Shown: piece by piece, positions 26,742 to 39,757 of the stretch
Numbering within the stretch: position 1 is the stretch's first letter
Layout: each line of letters starts with the position of its first letter
DNA from: Trichosphaerium sp. ATCC 40318
Taxonomy: Eukaryota > Protista > Tubulinea
DNA length: 58,246 nt
Reading direction: 5' to 3'
Assembly (NCBI GenBank): GCA_038496445.1
Contig: JALMLS010000260.1
Location: 1 to 58,246 of the forward strand
Made by a program: the position numbers and the translations under genes
Notes under the pieces: generated by a model
What the model saw: the letters and a program-made list of their open reading frames with translations, nothing else
What the model was told of the DNA's origin: nothing
Databases searched by the model: none

Positions 26742-29478
26742 TTATTCTCCATAGGACTTGTACACTTGATCGATGTCGTCTTGGGTATCTTTTGAGTACG
26801 ATTCAGTACCACGACAAGAGCCAATTTTATACATGTTAAACTTGAAATCAGTGCCAAAGATATCGTTCCCTTTAACCCTATAATCAGTTTCATCACCTTT
26901 TACAATATTTGGACTATTCCATCCTTTTCCTTTTATGCCAGGAGGACGTCTTGAAGATTGTCCCAATACACCTAAAGTAAACAACAATAAGAACTTAAAT
27001 TATTCTTTTACACAAGCAGTGTTAAAGGAGTGTCTTACCATGAGGTAGTGGAGATCCTTTTCTATGAGCATATGAAGTTCTCATATTTAAATGACAAGAT
27101 GAATGACTACTCTCCGAGAACCTTACAACGATATGGTAACCGTATCCAATCTTTATCATCGTCTTACCGTCTTTTTCTAACCCTCTAGTACACGTCTTAG
27201 TTTCCATGAAACGAGATAGTACGCAAGAAATTAGTGTTCAATTACCTTCGAATGTACAAAGTATTTCCAAAGAAAAGAGTTTCGTTAAATGCAATATCTT
27301 TATCATTAACACGAACAATGTAATCATGCTCTTCACGGTTACCTACAAAATAAAATACATTAATACCTTACAAGAACGCAGTTCCATTTTGTTAAGATTG
27401 AGCAGGTCATCGCCTGCGGAGCAAAATAAAACGATTTTCTCAACCTCAAGTAGTAAACTTCTTTTTTTCTTTTTCTTTTTTCTCTTACACTCAAAGTAGA
27501 CACGGATGTCTTGTTCTTCCTCTGGATAACAAAGACGTAGTCCTAATTTACCCATGTATGTTTCTTTTTTACCAGGACGTAGATCAGCATGATAGAAATA
27601 AGAATTGAGTTGAAGGTTTGTATCAGTGATAAGGCTAAAAATAGTTGAGCTCAACGAAGCAAAAAACTCAATAATCAAAACTAGAAACGCACTTGAAAGT
27701 CGTGTCAGGAATACCATGGAAATCATCTAAAATATGGCTTAAGAGTTTAAAACAATCACGTGCGTTTAGTAAAAAAAATCACGTGCATTTTTGTCCTTTG
27801 AATCCAATAAAGTGAGGATCTAAGCAAATATATAAATACTTGGAGTTTACTGTATCGTTCTATAAATGGTGCTACTATAGTTCGACTTACCACCGCTTAT
27901 TGTTGGAGCAAGTGTCGTTGGTAAACGACCACCAACTATCAATCTACTTGGTACAGCTGGATTGCATAAGTCAACGCTACCAGCTCTGCATACGGCCGTT
28001 AGTAAAAGGTGTGCGCGGATACTATTTTGTACCTGTTTTCTCCATCTGTTGAGTGACTTATTGCCATTGAATTAAAGTTAAGAATATCAAAGAAAAAGTC
28101 GCCAGTATCACCAGAATTAACAAAGGAGATATTAAAGCTACAAGACGATATTTCTCCTTCGTTAAGATTTAAATCATTGGTGAAGCTGTTTCCTACAATA
28201 GAAGCACCAGACTGTACAAGTTAGATTAAAGCATAGTAGAATGACATTACATTTGGTGTGCACGTCAATGAAGATGAATCCAAGGCACCAAAAGAAGGAA
28301 AGTTCAAGGAAGCCCTTCAAAGATAGCATGTAAGCAAAGTTTCTGTGTCTCAAAAAAACACTTCGTTCGCGTTGTTATAACGTACCTGATGTTTTCTACT
28401 CTTGGCGGACGTGTGACGTAGTTTTGACAATTAATAGTGAGTTGTACAGTGTCACCTAAGAAGAAACTTAGACTGCCTCTAAACAAGAACACTTTTAAAA
28501 AATGGTACCTATTATCAAAGAGTTTGGTCCGTTTCCCAAAAAGTCGATATTGTGCCAACAAGATACAGCAGGTGCGCAACAGGTGAAATTCAACGCCGCA
28601 TCAGCACTATCCAGGGTCGTACCCAACTCAATGGAGACGCCTGTGACAGCAGAATAGGCTGATCTTTGTCCAACAAACATTGGACAAATCTCAACGCCTG
28701 GAAAGTTGACACCTAAATGAATGAATGTTAACCCTGAGTGTTATGATGAACAGTAATCACCTCCGGTATTAATAGACGTTGTTAAGTTTCCTCCATCTAC
28801 GGTCATAGCAGTGAACCTTGCCATTATACCAACCTCATCTACTGATTCGAAACGAGAAAGCCAACAGTCTAGATTAGAACAATCTCATTAGTACACGCTT
28901 TTATAGTTTTATATGTGATCAAACATGAGCGTGGCTTACCGCACGAGGAGAAGTCAAGTGGAGGCATAAAACCAGCAAAATTCTCGCCGAAGTAATCCAC
29001 TCTACAAGAACCAGTCTGCTCATTATCGGAGTTTAAAGAAAAGCGATCATTAACAACAGCGCAACGAATACCCAAAATCCCTTGACCTATACAAAAAAGG
29101 TTATGACAAATAAAATCCATCCTCATGAGAGAAACAGATTAAAGAAAACGTACCAACGCCAGTAAGATGTGTAGCAGTTAACCACCTTTAAAAAAGTAGT
29201 TATTTTCTGCAGTTAATTTCGTCTTAATGTAGAAAACAAGGCACGTGATCCGGTATGCCATTATTCGTACAAGAGGACAACTGTAGGGTTTTATTTAATT
29301 AAATGCAGTACCTTGTTCCACCCAGGATCCTAGAATCAGATGTATTACTTATAACAACTGGAGAATTGTCGCTGGCAAAAGCAATATCAATTGTTTCGAA
29401 ATTATCAACTCTAATGCCCTCCGAGTGTATCCCAATGATTAACACAGCCGTAACCAGTAAGATAACAAAATTACGCAT
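26742..29478 (-). CDS. Secreted protein with C-terminal GDPH-containing VWD/ITIH-C-like domain
   Basis: Signal peptide MRNFVILLVTAVLIIGIHS; spliced GDPHFIGFKGQKYDFHGIPD..SLITDTNLQLN; terminal PHGVLGQ..GDETDYRV..DIFGTDFKFN. Confidence 0.8.
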
Positions 29479-29890
29479 GACGCCTCGCAGTATTGAGCGA
29501 GATTTACGTTCAGAGACTGCAAAAAACGCAAAAGTCAAAAAAAGTTGCAAGGACGGTTAACTCATCCGAAATGTACGGAAGTGATACGGTAGGCGTAGAA
29601 AAACAACATAGAGTAGGGTAAGTAAAAATTCTTTGTTTATTTATGTCCAAAGGACTATCTCAAATTACAACATGTTGCTACGGGGTCGTTGCATGGCTTA
29701 CAGTGGAGTTTCAGCTCCTATGCTGAATGTTGACCTACCCGTAGTGTAGTTTGTATTTGAAGTTTTGTCGCTCTTCGCGAATCCTATTGCGAGCGCTACT
29801 GAGCAGCGTATATAGCTTAGCCTAAGTAAAGAGTAAATACTAGATTCTCGTCATTCTGATTTGAGAAAAACAAAGAAAGATAGATTTTAA

Positions 29891-29951
29891 TGCGTCAGTG
29901 CCTAAGTTAATGCCATCACGAATTGGTCAGCTCATTGTGTCATCACGCGCA
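29891..29951 (-). ncRNA. Box C/D snoRNA, intronic
   Basis: Minus strand reads tgcg-c-GTGATGA(C)-cacaatgag-CTGA(D')-ccaattcg-TGATGG(C')-cattaacttaggca-CTGA(D)-cgca, with a 4-bp terminal stem. It lies in GT-AG intron 30005-29822. Confidence 0.75.
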
Positions 29952-30686
29952 AATGAAAAAAAAGGAAAAAGAGTTGCTAGGTGTTTAAACAAATAGAAAA
30001 CGTACCAGTCGTTAGCGCCGCATGTTGCGTGTTTAGCGCAGTTGGTTTAATGCAACTGCGTTCTACTTTTCTTCTGTTGAGAGTGCCATGCGCAAAGAAG
30101 AGCAGGTATAATGCTTTTATCTGGGCATTCTTGAGTAATGGTACGGGGTAACACGAGGCATTGCTTTGCTGTGTTGAGCCGAGAAATATGGAAGAAGCGA
30201 GAAAATATTGGACTTGAGTTTTTCTCGGTGCAACTAAACGCCTGCTTTTAACTGCAACACTGGTAGTAAGCGCAAACTTGCGTCACATTGAATCATTGAT
30301 ACTGAGGCTAGAGATTAGCTGCAATATTTGACACATTGAGTTGACATGTAGTGTGACAGTATTAACTGTTACATACACGAGCAGTATAACTGTTGGAACA
30401 GAATAAGAGTGACACGGTTTAACAACACGCGCTGTCTAGTTGTTATAAATACAATACATAGTAGTCCCACCTCCCGAAGTAACTCGCGATTTGTATAGTT
30501 TTACTATGATACGCGGAGTCCCGTGCTTAAGAGCTAACTCACTCCTTAATCTGCGCGGCAGCTTCTTTATACTGCAAAAGGTAGCAAGGCAATTAGATCA
30601 AGACGCTAATATTAAAGCATCAAATAAGAGCTTGAACTGAATGACTTGAACCTGTAAAACGCACTGCATCAATACTCTTGGCTCTG

Positions 30687-33600
30687 ATGAGCGGTATTTA
30701 CGCTCAGGCGATGGACCTGAAGCAAAATTTTGAGAAGCTTCCTTTTGTGATGTTCTACCGGTATTTATGGCGAAAGTACGCTATAAATTACAATCAGCGG
30801 GTGCTCTAACGACATTTTTAAGGAACAAACTCTTATTATTCAAAACACTCTTCGTTAACTACGTATTTGGACTGCTGCTTGAATTGTTACCTCTGTACGC
30901 AAGTTAAAGCTTTTAAGTTAAATGAATCCGAACTCCTCGCCAAACACCTTCGTGCTTACCAAAACTAGTTGGTACTTCTCGAGGCGCAAGCTAGGACGAA
31001 AGTTACGAACTGCCAGAATTAAAAGTACGTAATTGCTTGCATTCACTACGCTGTGCGCCCCACGCGATATCAAGTGACACCGCAGTGCATCAGTAATATT
31101 TGTCTTGTTTTGTAGTTTTATCACCAGTAAAATCCCTATTTCGCTATGATTACGCCAAAACTCACTCATTCTAGTAAACCACAATATGGTAACTGGGAGA
31201 CCTTTCTCTTGGAACTTAATGAAAGACTTCTTGATCAAAACTGTCCTATTTGCAGCACTTGATTCATTACATCGGTATCTAAAGGTAAGCAAAGCAAAAA
31301 CAATCGATATGAAGCCTTGCAAAACAATCGAAAAAAAAAAAAAAAGAAAAAAAAAGTTTCACAAAAATCTGGCGTTGAACTCGGATATAATCAAGTATTA
31401 TCCATCTCTGATACTTTATATAGGATAGAATTGCACTAGAGAATAAGTTTGTAGTAAAAAGACTTGTCCTAGAACGTATTTTATACGCCGAACCTCTTTA
31501 TTTTTCGGTTAATATGCCAGATTCAAATCTTGCAACAAAACTCATGACGGGCGTGTCACAGACATTACATTTCTTCAATACATACTTGCCTTCTCTGTTT
31601 CAAGCTTCATACGCACTAATACTTGAAGGATCCGTATTGTATCAGAAGAGGTACGAAACAAAGCCGTTGAGTAAACAGCTTTTGTAATCAAAACAAATGA
31701 CTTTTGCTTGTTTATTTTAACCTAATACGTGATCCCTAGACATGCTATAGATAGATTAGCTCTATTTTATCCATTGCTTATCGGACTAGTTCAACGTGCT
31801 GTCTCTTATTGGCAGTACACATATGTCACAAAGGTACTGAGGCGTTGGGTTTATCAACATCAGCTAGTTTTTTACGTATTTTACTCATCTGTTGTTTCTA
31901 GAAACAAAAGAAGAGATCTAAAGCTCATGCTTCTAAAATGGACTCTACTATCAATACAGCACTTGTTGGGATCCAAGATATCCAACTGAATAACCTTCAA
32001 GGTGCTCAACTCGATCATTTTGATAAAATCGCTGCACAAGAAATTATCAACAAACAAGGTACGTACCTTCATCCTCTTTGTGACTTATAAATTTACGTAA
32101 TTCTATTAAGGTATAATGCGTTGGTTTAATAAGACAGTACAGACTTGGAACACAAGTATGAGTGTCTTTGCTTATGCTCTAGAAGTGTACTTTGTTCATG
32201 TCATTATGAAACGACAAAACATGAATTATCGTGAATTTGCAAAGATCCAACAAGAAATAGACCATGTACGTACCCAATGACCACACAATGGCATATATGC
32301 ACCGCGGTTGGGTTGCTTAAAGCCAATTTCTTTAAAATATTTTTGTGTTTATTTTTTTTTTAGGTTGTTAGTGTTGGTACAAAAGCTTTTCAGTTAACTC
32401 GTCGATGTAAACATATTCTTGAGCATCAGTCAGAAGTTGCACAACTTCTCAATGTTCCTAACTTTATACACGAAATAGATCATCCAGATCCTAATCAGCA
32501 GTACGTTGCAATAAGTGCATTTCGACTTTTCAAAAAAAAGCAATGCCAAAGAGAAACTGTCAGTTTTGCATTTCCCTTTGAAGTCTTACGCTTTGTTTCC
32601 CAGGAAGCCTGCTGTTTTGGAATCTGTGAAGATACGTTCACTAAGATTCGCTTATCCTTTGGTCACTCAGCCAACGTTATCAATATATAGCCCTATAACG
32701 CTAAATGCTGGTAAAAAATATGCTATAACTGGAAAAAACAAAGCAGGAAAATCAACGCTTTGCAAAGTTTTAACAAATCTCTATCCTCCTGAGAACCCAA
32801 AAAGTATAATGCTAAATGATATACCATTCGCTAATATCTCACGTACGTACAAAAAATTTCGTAGGTCGCGACTAAAGTCAAACACAATCACTTTTGTTCA
32901 TATCAGAAAACAATTTCAAGTTTTTTTTCTTGACGTTTCTTTGGAGGTGTTGTTTGTGTACTTATACGCCTGTTATTTATTGAATACTTTAGGTCAACAC
33001 ATACACAAGATGATAGCGTATGTATCTCAAAAACCTTTTGTATTCCCTGGAACTGTACGACAGAACATTCGAGTCGGAAATCCTTCTGCTACTTCTAAAG
33101 AAGTTTACTTCGCTGCAAGGTGTGCAGGTCTATTTGATTTTGACCAAAAGATTTCTCTACCTAAGAACCTTTCTTCACATGATTTCAACTTTTTGCTTTC
33201 AAACTCGGACATGACAACAAGTCCAAAACAAAAGAAGAAGAAAAGAAGAAAAAAGAAGAAAAAAAATAAGAAGAAAAAACCAAAGAGAGAATCGGTTGTT
33301 AAAGGGTTACATTCAAGTTCATCTATGCAATTCCGCACTGTTTCCTATGGAGAATTTGCTGATATTGTAGATCCAAACTATAAAGGCGATTTTTACAACG
33401 TGAGTGCTAAGAAAGACTATTTGGATGATTCTGACTTGGAAGATGAAGAAGACTTTTTTGGTTCTGAATCAGATGAATCTCCTTTGCTTTCTGATATGGA
33501 GGGTACAGACGATGAAGATATGCCTAATGATATTGGTGGCGATTTTCTTGGTGGTATAGATTATAATCAATTACAAGGTGGCGAAGAAGAGGTTAATGAA

Positions 33601-34145
33601 CAAGAAGAACAATTCTTGGAGGAACAAATCGGTCCTCATATTTATGAGACATCACCAGCTTTGGCTCAACAAATAGCTCTAGCACGTACGTTATTGTTAC
33701 CATTTAAATTCAATCACATAAAAATTATCACGTGATTTCTATGACAAGCTTCATAAATCTCCAAAAAAACTTTTTTTTCTTTTTTTTACTTGTTTTTTTC
33801 GTTTTTAACGATACTCACGTTCACCAAAGGTTTGTTCCTTCGTGAAGGTTCTCAGATGATTATACTAGATGAGGTATATTTTATTACATATATTTACTTT
33901 TAACCTTACATTTTACATAGGCGTTATCGGGTATTGATCATTTTCGTCTTCGAAATATTTTTCCTCAAATTGTAAGACTTGCTGAAAGCCAAAATTCGGC
34001 TTTGGTTGTTATTACACATAACCCTTGGATTATAAAACAAATGGATCATATTATCATATTAGATAATGGTAATGTTGCTGTACAAGGTAAATTTGGTGAG
34101 GTATCAAGGACAGAGAAGTATAATCAGTTGTTTGGATACAGTTGA
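30687..34145 (+). CDS. ABC half-transporter (TMD-NBD, ABCB-like) with a large low-complexity insertion in the NBD
   Basis: Walker A GKNKAGKST, Q-loop YVSQKPFVFPGTVRQNI, QIALAR, Walker B IILDEALSGID, H-loop VITH; many exons upstream. Confidence 0.85.
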
Positions 34146-34563
34146 TTTTTTTGATTGAAAAAAAAAAAACCAAGCTTCATTCTCTTCTTCCTTTGATTGT
34201 ACATGACTTTTCTCTTTTTGTATAAAAATGTAAGAATAAAATACACTCATTCTAAATGTCTCTCTGGACCTAGCCTTCCTTCATGCTCAATAGGCATGTG
34301 ACGCTTTGGTACTAAAAATGTCTGGTACATGGTTTTCTCACCCTTACGACATAGATTTAAATGCAAAGAAAAATAACCAACTATTTTCATGACACGTGCC
34401 ACGTTACTACAAATTGAGAACAAGTCTTTGCCCCAACAAAACTTGGAGCATGTAACCAAGGGGCAATTGTCAAAAAAAAACAATTGTATTTATTTCTTTG
34501 GTTCTCCTTTAACAACATATATCTAAATGAATAACAATATTATCTCATAATGGTTGTACTATT

Positions 34564-37339
34564 CTAATCGTAGAATCTCATCAAGGCACTTTGTAAACTT
34601 GTAGCAGCCTAGAAAAGTTGGTAAATAAAACCTTGTCAACTTTGATTCAAAAAAAAAAAAAAAAGAAGAAATCACTCTCGTCACGTTGTTGAAAAAAGTT
34701 ACACAAAAAAAAACATTTTTTTACCTTCTTACTGGCCTCATGCTTTCGTCTTCCTAATAAGTATTTCATCGACTCTTCATATGTTACAGGAACAACACGG
34801 TTTACAATAGCTAGGGAAAGAGCGTAAGTGACTACTACAAAAAGGAAGTGTTGTTCTAGAATAAAATCTCTAAAAAGTAGAAAGTAGCTCAGGGAGGAGT
34901 TGAACCTCCGTCTACTCTTCATGAGAGAGTCGTGCTAAACCGTTACACCACAGAGCTTTGATACACTAATAACACGTTCTAGCATGACGAGCGGACAAAA
35001 AAACAATGGAATCATGCTTAAGGTATATACACAAATCAAAGCGAAAAGAAAAAACAAGCGCCCAGTTTTGAAGCAAAAAATATTCTTGGTTTTTTCTCAT
35101 AGACGTTAAATTTCTGACTCGACAATGTGGTGTCCAACAGCGTACCATCTGGGCAAGTGAATAAGAAATGAAATGTGTTAGATTTGACTTTTGTATGTGT
35201 CTTATAGTTCATAACTTCAGCAACCTTACAGAAAAAAAAATCAGCAAGGTTTAAGAAAATAAAGAAAAGTAAGACTTACAACTTCAATACCAATAGTAGG
35301 ACCATGTGTATACACAACCTGAGATGTAAAGAATACAATATCACCAATAGATACAGGTCTATGGAAAATGACTTCATCCAAAGCCAAGAATCTTGGCTGA
35401 CTTGCACTGAACACATGAGCATTCGTCCATGCTAAAAAAAAAGCATTAAAAAATAAGGACGTTTATGGAGTTTTCAACGAAAACTGCTGTATTTATATAC
35501 ACCTGAGATGTCGCAAATGTCGTACCCAAGTTAAACGCTTGTTTCATAAGGTATCCACCAAAGACTTTGTTATTTGTGTTTCTCTATTGGAACAAAAAGT
35601 TAGTGTACATAGGAACACCACAAATTGATTAATACCTCTTGTAATTGACATTGCAATACTGAATCAAGCGTAGTAGATGCCATTGATATAGTATTGACAT
35701 CACTACGTACCGAGTTGGGCATTAACTTCCTACCAGTCACTTCCTACGCAACATATCAGTTTTTTCCTGCCTTGAAACAAAAAATCGTCTGTGTGGCGTA
35801 CCAAAAATAAGTTATGAATGATTAGACGCTCATCTTCAGTAGGCGGTGCTTATTTGAACGTAAATACCATGAACAAAGAAGAAAAAAGCAAGTGACACGC
35901 AAAGTCGGTTGAAAACTTCAAAAAGAGATTCAAAGGATTTGTGAACAATATAAAATCGTGTAACACAATCCCACGTGATCACTCGAACTCAAAAAATATG
36001 TCTTACCGAAGCTCAAGCTCTTCTTAGACTCCTCCTTGCGCGCTTTTTTGTTTTCCTTTCCAGTGTTGAATAGTTGCTGTTCTTCTTCACAACTTGGCAC
36101 CAAGTGATTCACAGGGGCTGCTTTACCATCGTATGTAGCAACCATAGTGAAGTATGCATTCACAAGAGTCTCAAGACCTTATGAGAGTTAATAAACCACC
36201 AACACAAGTTGATAAGGGGTAACCATACGCAAAAAAAACTTTGCAAAGTTTCTTCTCAAAAAAGTAGGGCAATTTCCGTTAGCATGTACCATCTTTTTGT
36301 CCTTCAGGAACAGCATCTAGAGATACCTGGATTTCCATACTACTTCTACCAACATAAATGACTCTACCCGACAACTTTAGATCTCTGTCTGGTAGCAACT
36401 TGTTGAGTAAATCAATGCGTGCCAAAGACGCTGTTACTATCGTCAAAGGTCTTGTAACCTATTACCCATTTTAATACCCACACAAGCACAACAAAGTAAT
36501 ACAAAACAATAGATCCACAAATAGTGTAGGACGTTAAATGTAAGGATATAAATAGTACATAAAAAAAACAGTGCACTCAAGATTTTCATTCGCGAAAAAA
36601 AAAATAAAGCCAACGGGTTGGAAATGAAGTTGTTAGTCGTACTGGATTTGCATCGTCTGCATGCATATGTGCAACGTTTCCTGCCATAGCATCCATGTCC
36701 TCTGTTATTGTGAGCATAGATATTACGTTGGTAGAGAGAATGTACCCAGAATACGTCCAAAATTGAGTTCTTTGTAAACATTGAGGTATTGCTTTTGCGT
36801 GACATTAACAATGATACGCGAAAGGGTGTTCAAATAAAGAAGGCTGAATGCTTCAAAGTTAAAAAGTGACGTACTTCTCGTAGCTCTTGATCAGTGCTGA
36901 ATGGAAGCCATATCTCTTTTAAGGAGTCTGCGGGGGACTTTTTAATCAAGTGCGTTGGGTCTGGAACGTTTGTCAGAAGAAAAATGACATTTAAACTGTA
37001 ATGTACATGCCTTGCGTTCCGATATCTTCTGGAGCGATCTACAGTGTTTGTAAGCCAAAAAAAGCGGTTAACGCTATTACATTAGTTTCTTGCTCCTGCG
37101 TTAAAGACTGACGATCATGCCATAACATAGACGTTATTCGTGTACGCGCAGAATGCTGTTGCTGATCTTTAGCGCTTTTTACGCAGTATAATCGCTTAGC
37201 AACAACTCGGAAGCGTTTGGGATCCTTTTAACATCGTTAGAGATAAGCTTATTTGACAGAATTTGTGAGAGCGTACCCTAGCGATGCGCGCACGCGAAAG
37301 TGATATGGAGCGATGGAGGAAGCGCCTTGAGGCCAACAT
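34564..37339 (-). CDS. ACOT9: Double-HotDog acyl-CoA thioesterase (ACOT9-like), probable mitochondrial presequence
   Basis: Spliced FGRILEDMDAMAG, PLTIVTAS.ARID, YVGRSSMEI, ERNTNNKVFGGYLMK.AF.LAW, VVPVTYEESMKYL.GRR; Arg-rich N-terminus. Confidence 0.9.
34885..34957 (-). tRNA. tRNA-Met: tRNA with CAT anticodon (Met), atypical body, intronic
   Basis: AGCTCTG TG GTGT AACGGTTTA GCAC G ACTCT CTCATGA AGAGT AGAC GGAGG TTCAACT CCTCC CTGAGCT A folds as a 73-nt cloverleaf. A T5 Pol III terminator follows ~10 nt downstream. Confidence 0.9.
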
Positions 37340-38430
37340 TATTAAAATTTAGAACAGTAAAAACGTGTTGCCGCGAAAAAAAGAACACCAACCAGTTTTT
37401 GTGACTGTAATACTCCAAGGTAGTCACACCAAGACATCAGTATTAACAAATGCTTCAGCGCTTTGTTTACAAACTCGCGACATCAACTAGATTAGGATTC
37501 AAGCCGCACACGTAATCGCTCGCTCCCGTGCTATGTCAACGAGACAGTGAATAGAGAAACATTTTCGTGTGAGTTGAACATTTTTCATTTATTTGAAAAC
37601 CCGCTATCGCAAATATACACTACACCGGGCTTTTATGGCGCAAGGCGCTATCACGAAGGTTTAACAGTGGGACCGTAGTGGGATCGGGGCACAATTTCAA
37701 ACGAACTTCGCACAAAACGCATTGTGCAACACACGGCGCTACACAAAAACAAAAAAAAATAAATGGAAAGTTTGTTGTTTTCAGTGGTAGGGAGATAGAT
37801 ACGCAATGTCCGCAAAGTGCGTCAAACGCATTGCACCCGTAGTGACGAGCGTTTGCAGCAATAAAATAGGTTTTTGTAAAGCCAGTTTTTTATATGATTG
37901 CACTACTAATGGAGAGTATGTACTCCGTTTCGCGTGAAGGTTACTAGGAGTTGGCGTTTTAGTTTTTCTCTCCGTGTCCAGAAAGGGAGTTTTGGTTTTT
38001 TTAAAAGTTTAAGAAGGTTTTGCGCCACGTACTTCTACATGCGCTGTTTATGACAAATTTCGTCATGACGTAACGCAATAAAATACGGACTACGATCTGA
38101 TTTAGTAACTACCTCTCTTTCGGTCGTCTACACATTGCGACAGAGCTTAGAACAACAACATTATGCAGTGTCGGCGTTTATGGAGTGTAATAGCTCCACA
38201 ATCAACTGCAAGCTGCAATACCCGAAGAAAACCCGATTCTGTCAACAGAAGGGCACAGCAGCGCAATAAACGATGGTATGCTCTAAAAAGATAAACTAGT
38301 ATCAATTCGCAAGAAAATCACAAAACAAGAAAATATTGCGGAAAGAAAAATGCGGACCTACCTTTTCAGGCACTTTTTCGCGATTATCGTACAAAGCCAA
38401 GCTCTTCCCCCTAAATTATAAAAATATACA

Positions 38431-39031
38431 ATGAGTGACTTCAGCAACGGACTCTTCGGATGCATGTCTGGTACGTTACTCGTTCTTTGGAGCACCTTCT
38501 CTTCTTAATCGCCCAACTTTCGGCCGAGTGTTTTTTTTTGCTCTTTTTTTTTTTTTTGGTTTTAACCTTCTTAAAATTAAATGAACGTAACCCGCGACTC
38601 ACAAGACCGTTGCCTTTCCCAAAACTAGACCTTTTTAAACTAAAAACTAACCGGTACTCTTTTCCTCTAACTTTTTACTTGTAGACTTCGGTACTTGCAT
38701 CATCACATGCTTCTTGCCATGCTACACCGCCGCCAACAACAAGGCTACCATTGACGAGCGTGAGTGCACTTTCTGCGATTTCATCTGCACCCCAAACATC
38801 TACCAAACACGTAACTCCATCCGCGCCAAATACGGTTACGAGGTACCCTACTTTTTAGCCTTTTTCCCCTAGTTTCCCTTTTTTTCCCCAAAACTCGCTT
38901 CCTAAACCAAATTAACACTTACTTTTTAGTTCAACCCTCTCATGGATTGCTTGACCACATGGATCTGCCAACTTTGCTCCATCTGCCAACACGCTGCTGA
39001 AATCGCAGATAAGAGCGGTGGTTCCGAATAA
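38431..39031 (+). CDS. PLAC8-family Cys-rich protein (3 exons)
   Basis: MSDFSNGLFGCMSDFGTCIITCFLPCYTAA...RNSIRAKYGYE..MDCLTTWICQLCSICQHAAEI; strong C-ending codon bias. Missed by the ORF track. Confidence 0.92.
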
Positions 39032-39757
39032 TTTAATTATTATCATCACCATGGCTGTGTTTTGTAGCTAATAAAGTAATTTAAACGTTACCACTTTATG
39101 AGTCTTTAATTCGAAATTTTTTTTTTTGCTTTTTCAGCTATTCTGTAATATCTACGAATTGCCACAAGCGCTGTTTATAAAAGAGCGTTGTTTACTTTCA
39201 AATTGGTGTTGTTTTATCTGTTCGCGTGAAAAGCGTAATATTTGTTGAACAATTGCATTGTCCCTCTGCACTTATATATTGCTGCGGAAATACAGCCTGT
39301 TTCTTTTGTTTCTGTTTTTTACCAAATTCGGTTTATTTGCGACATAGGAGCACTATGTGTTTATTCTTTGCGCGCGTAACGAATCCTAAGGAGGTAATTG
39401 TTGTTTTGTAGCACTTGTGTTGAACTTTCAATTTATCAACAAATGGGCGCGATTTGACTCCAGAATGAGCTCATAATTGGGTATACTCAAGCAACTATAA
39501 ACGCAAAGACGTTTTGTGTTGTTTGTGTTTGCGGCTGCTAGCATTAAAGCACAACCTCGACGAATGGTGTTGGCATGAAAAGTTAACGGTTTTTGTTCTC
39601 TAAAGACTCATACTACATTTTTGTATATTGTCACTCTTGATGGTCAATTTCATTTATTGGTGGTGGCGTGGAGTGTCGCTATGGTGATTGACGCCCAAAA
39701 ACCGTTTTGAGTTTCAGTACATCATTGTAACTCTGTAAACTCGGTGAAAATAACCTG

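Noticed and set aside
34915-34930. Reading the tRNA anticodon as TCA (Sec or opal suppressor)
   Set aside because: The 5-bp stem fixes a 7-nt loop centred on CAT, and there is no long variable arm.
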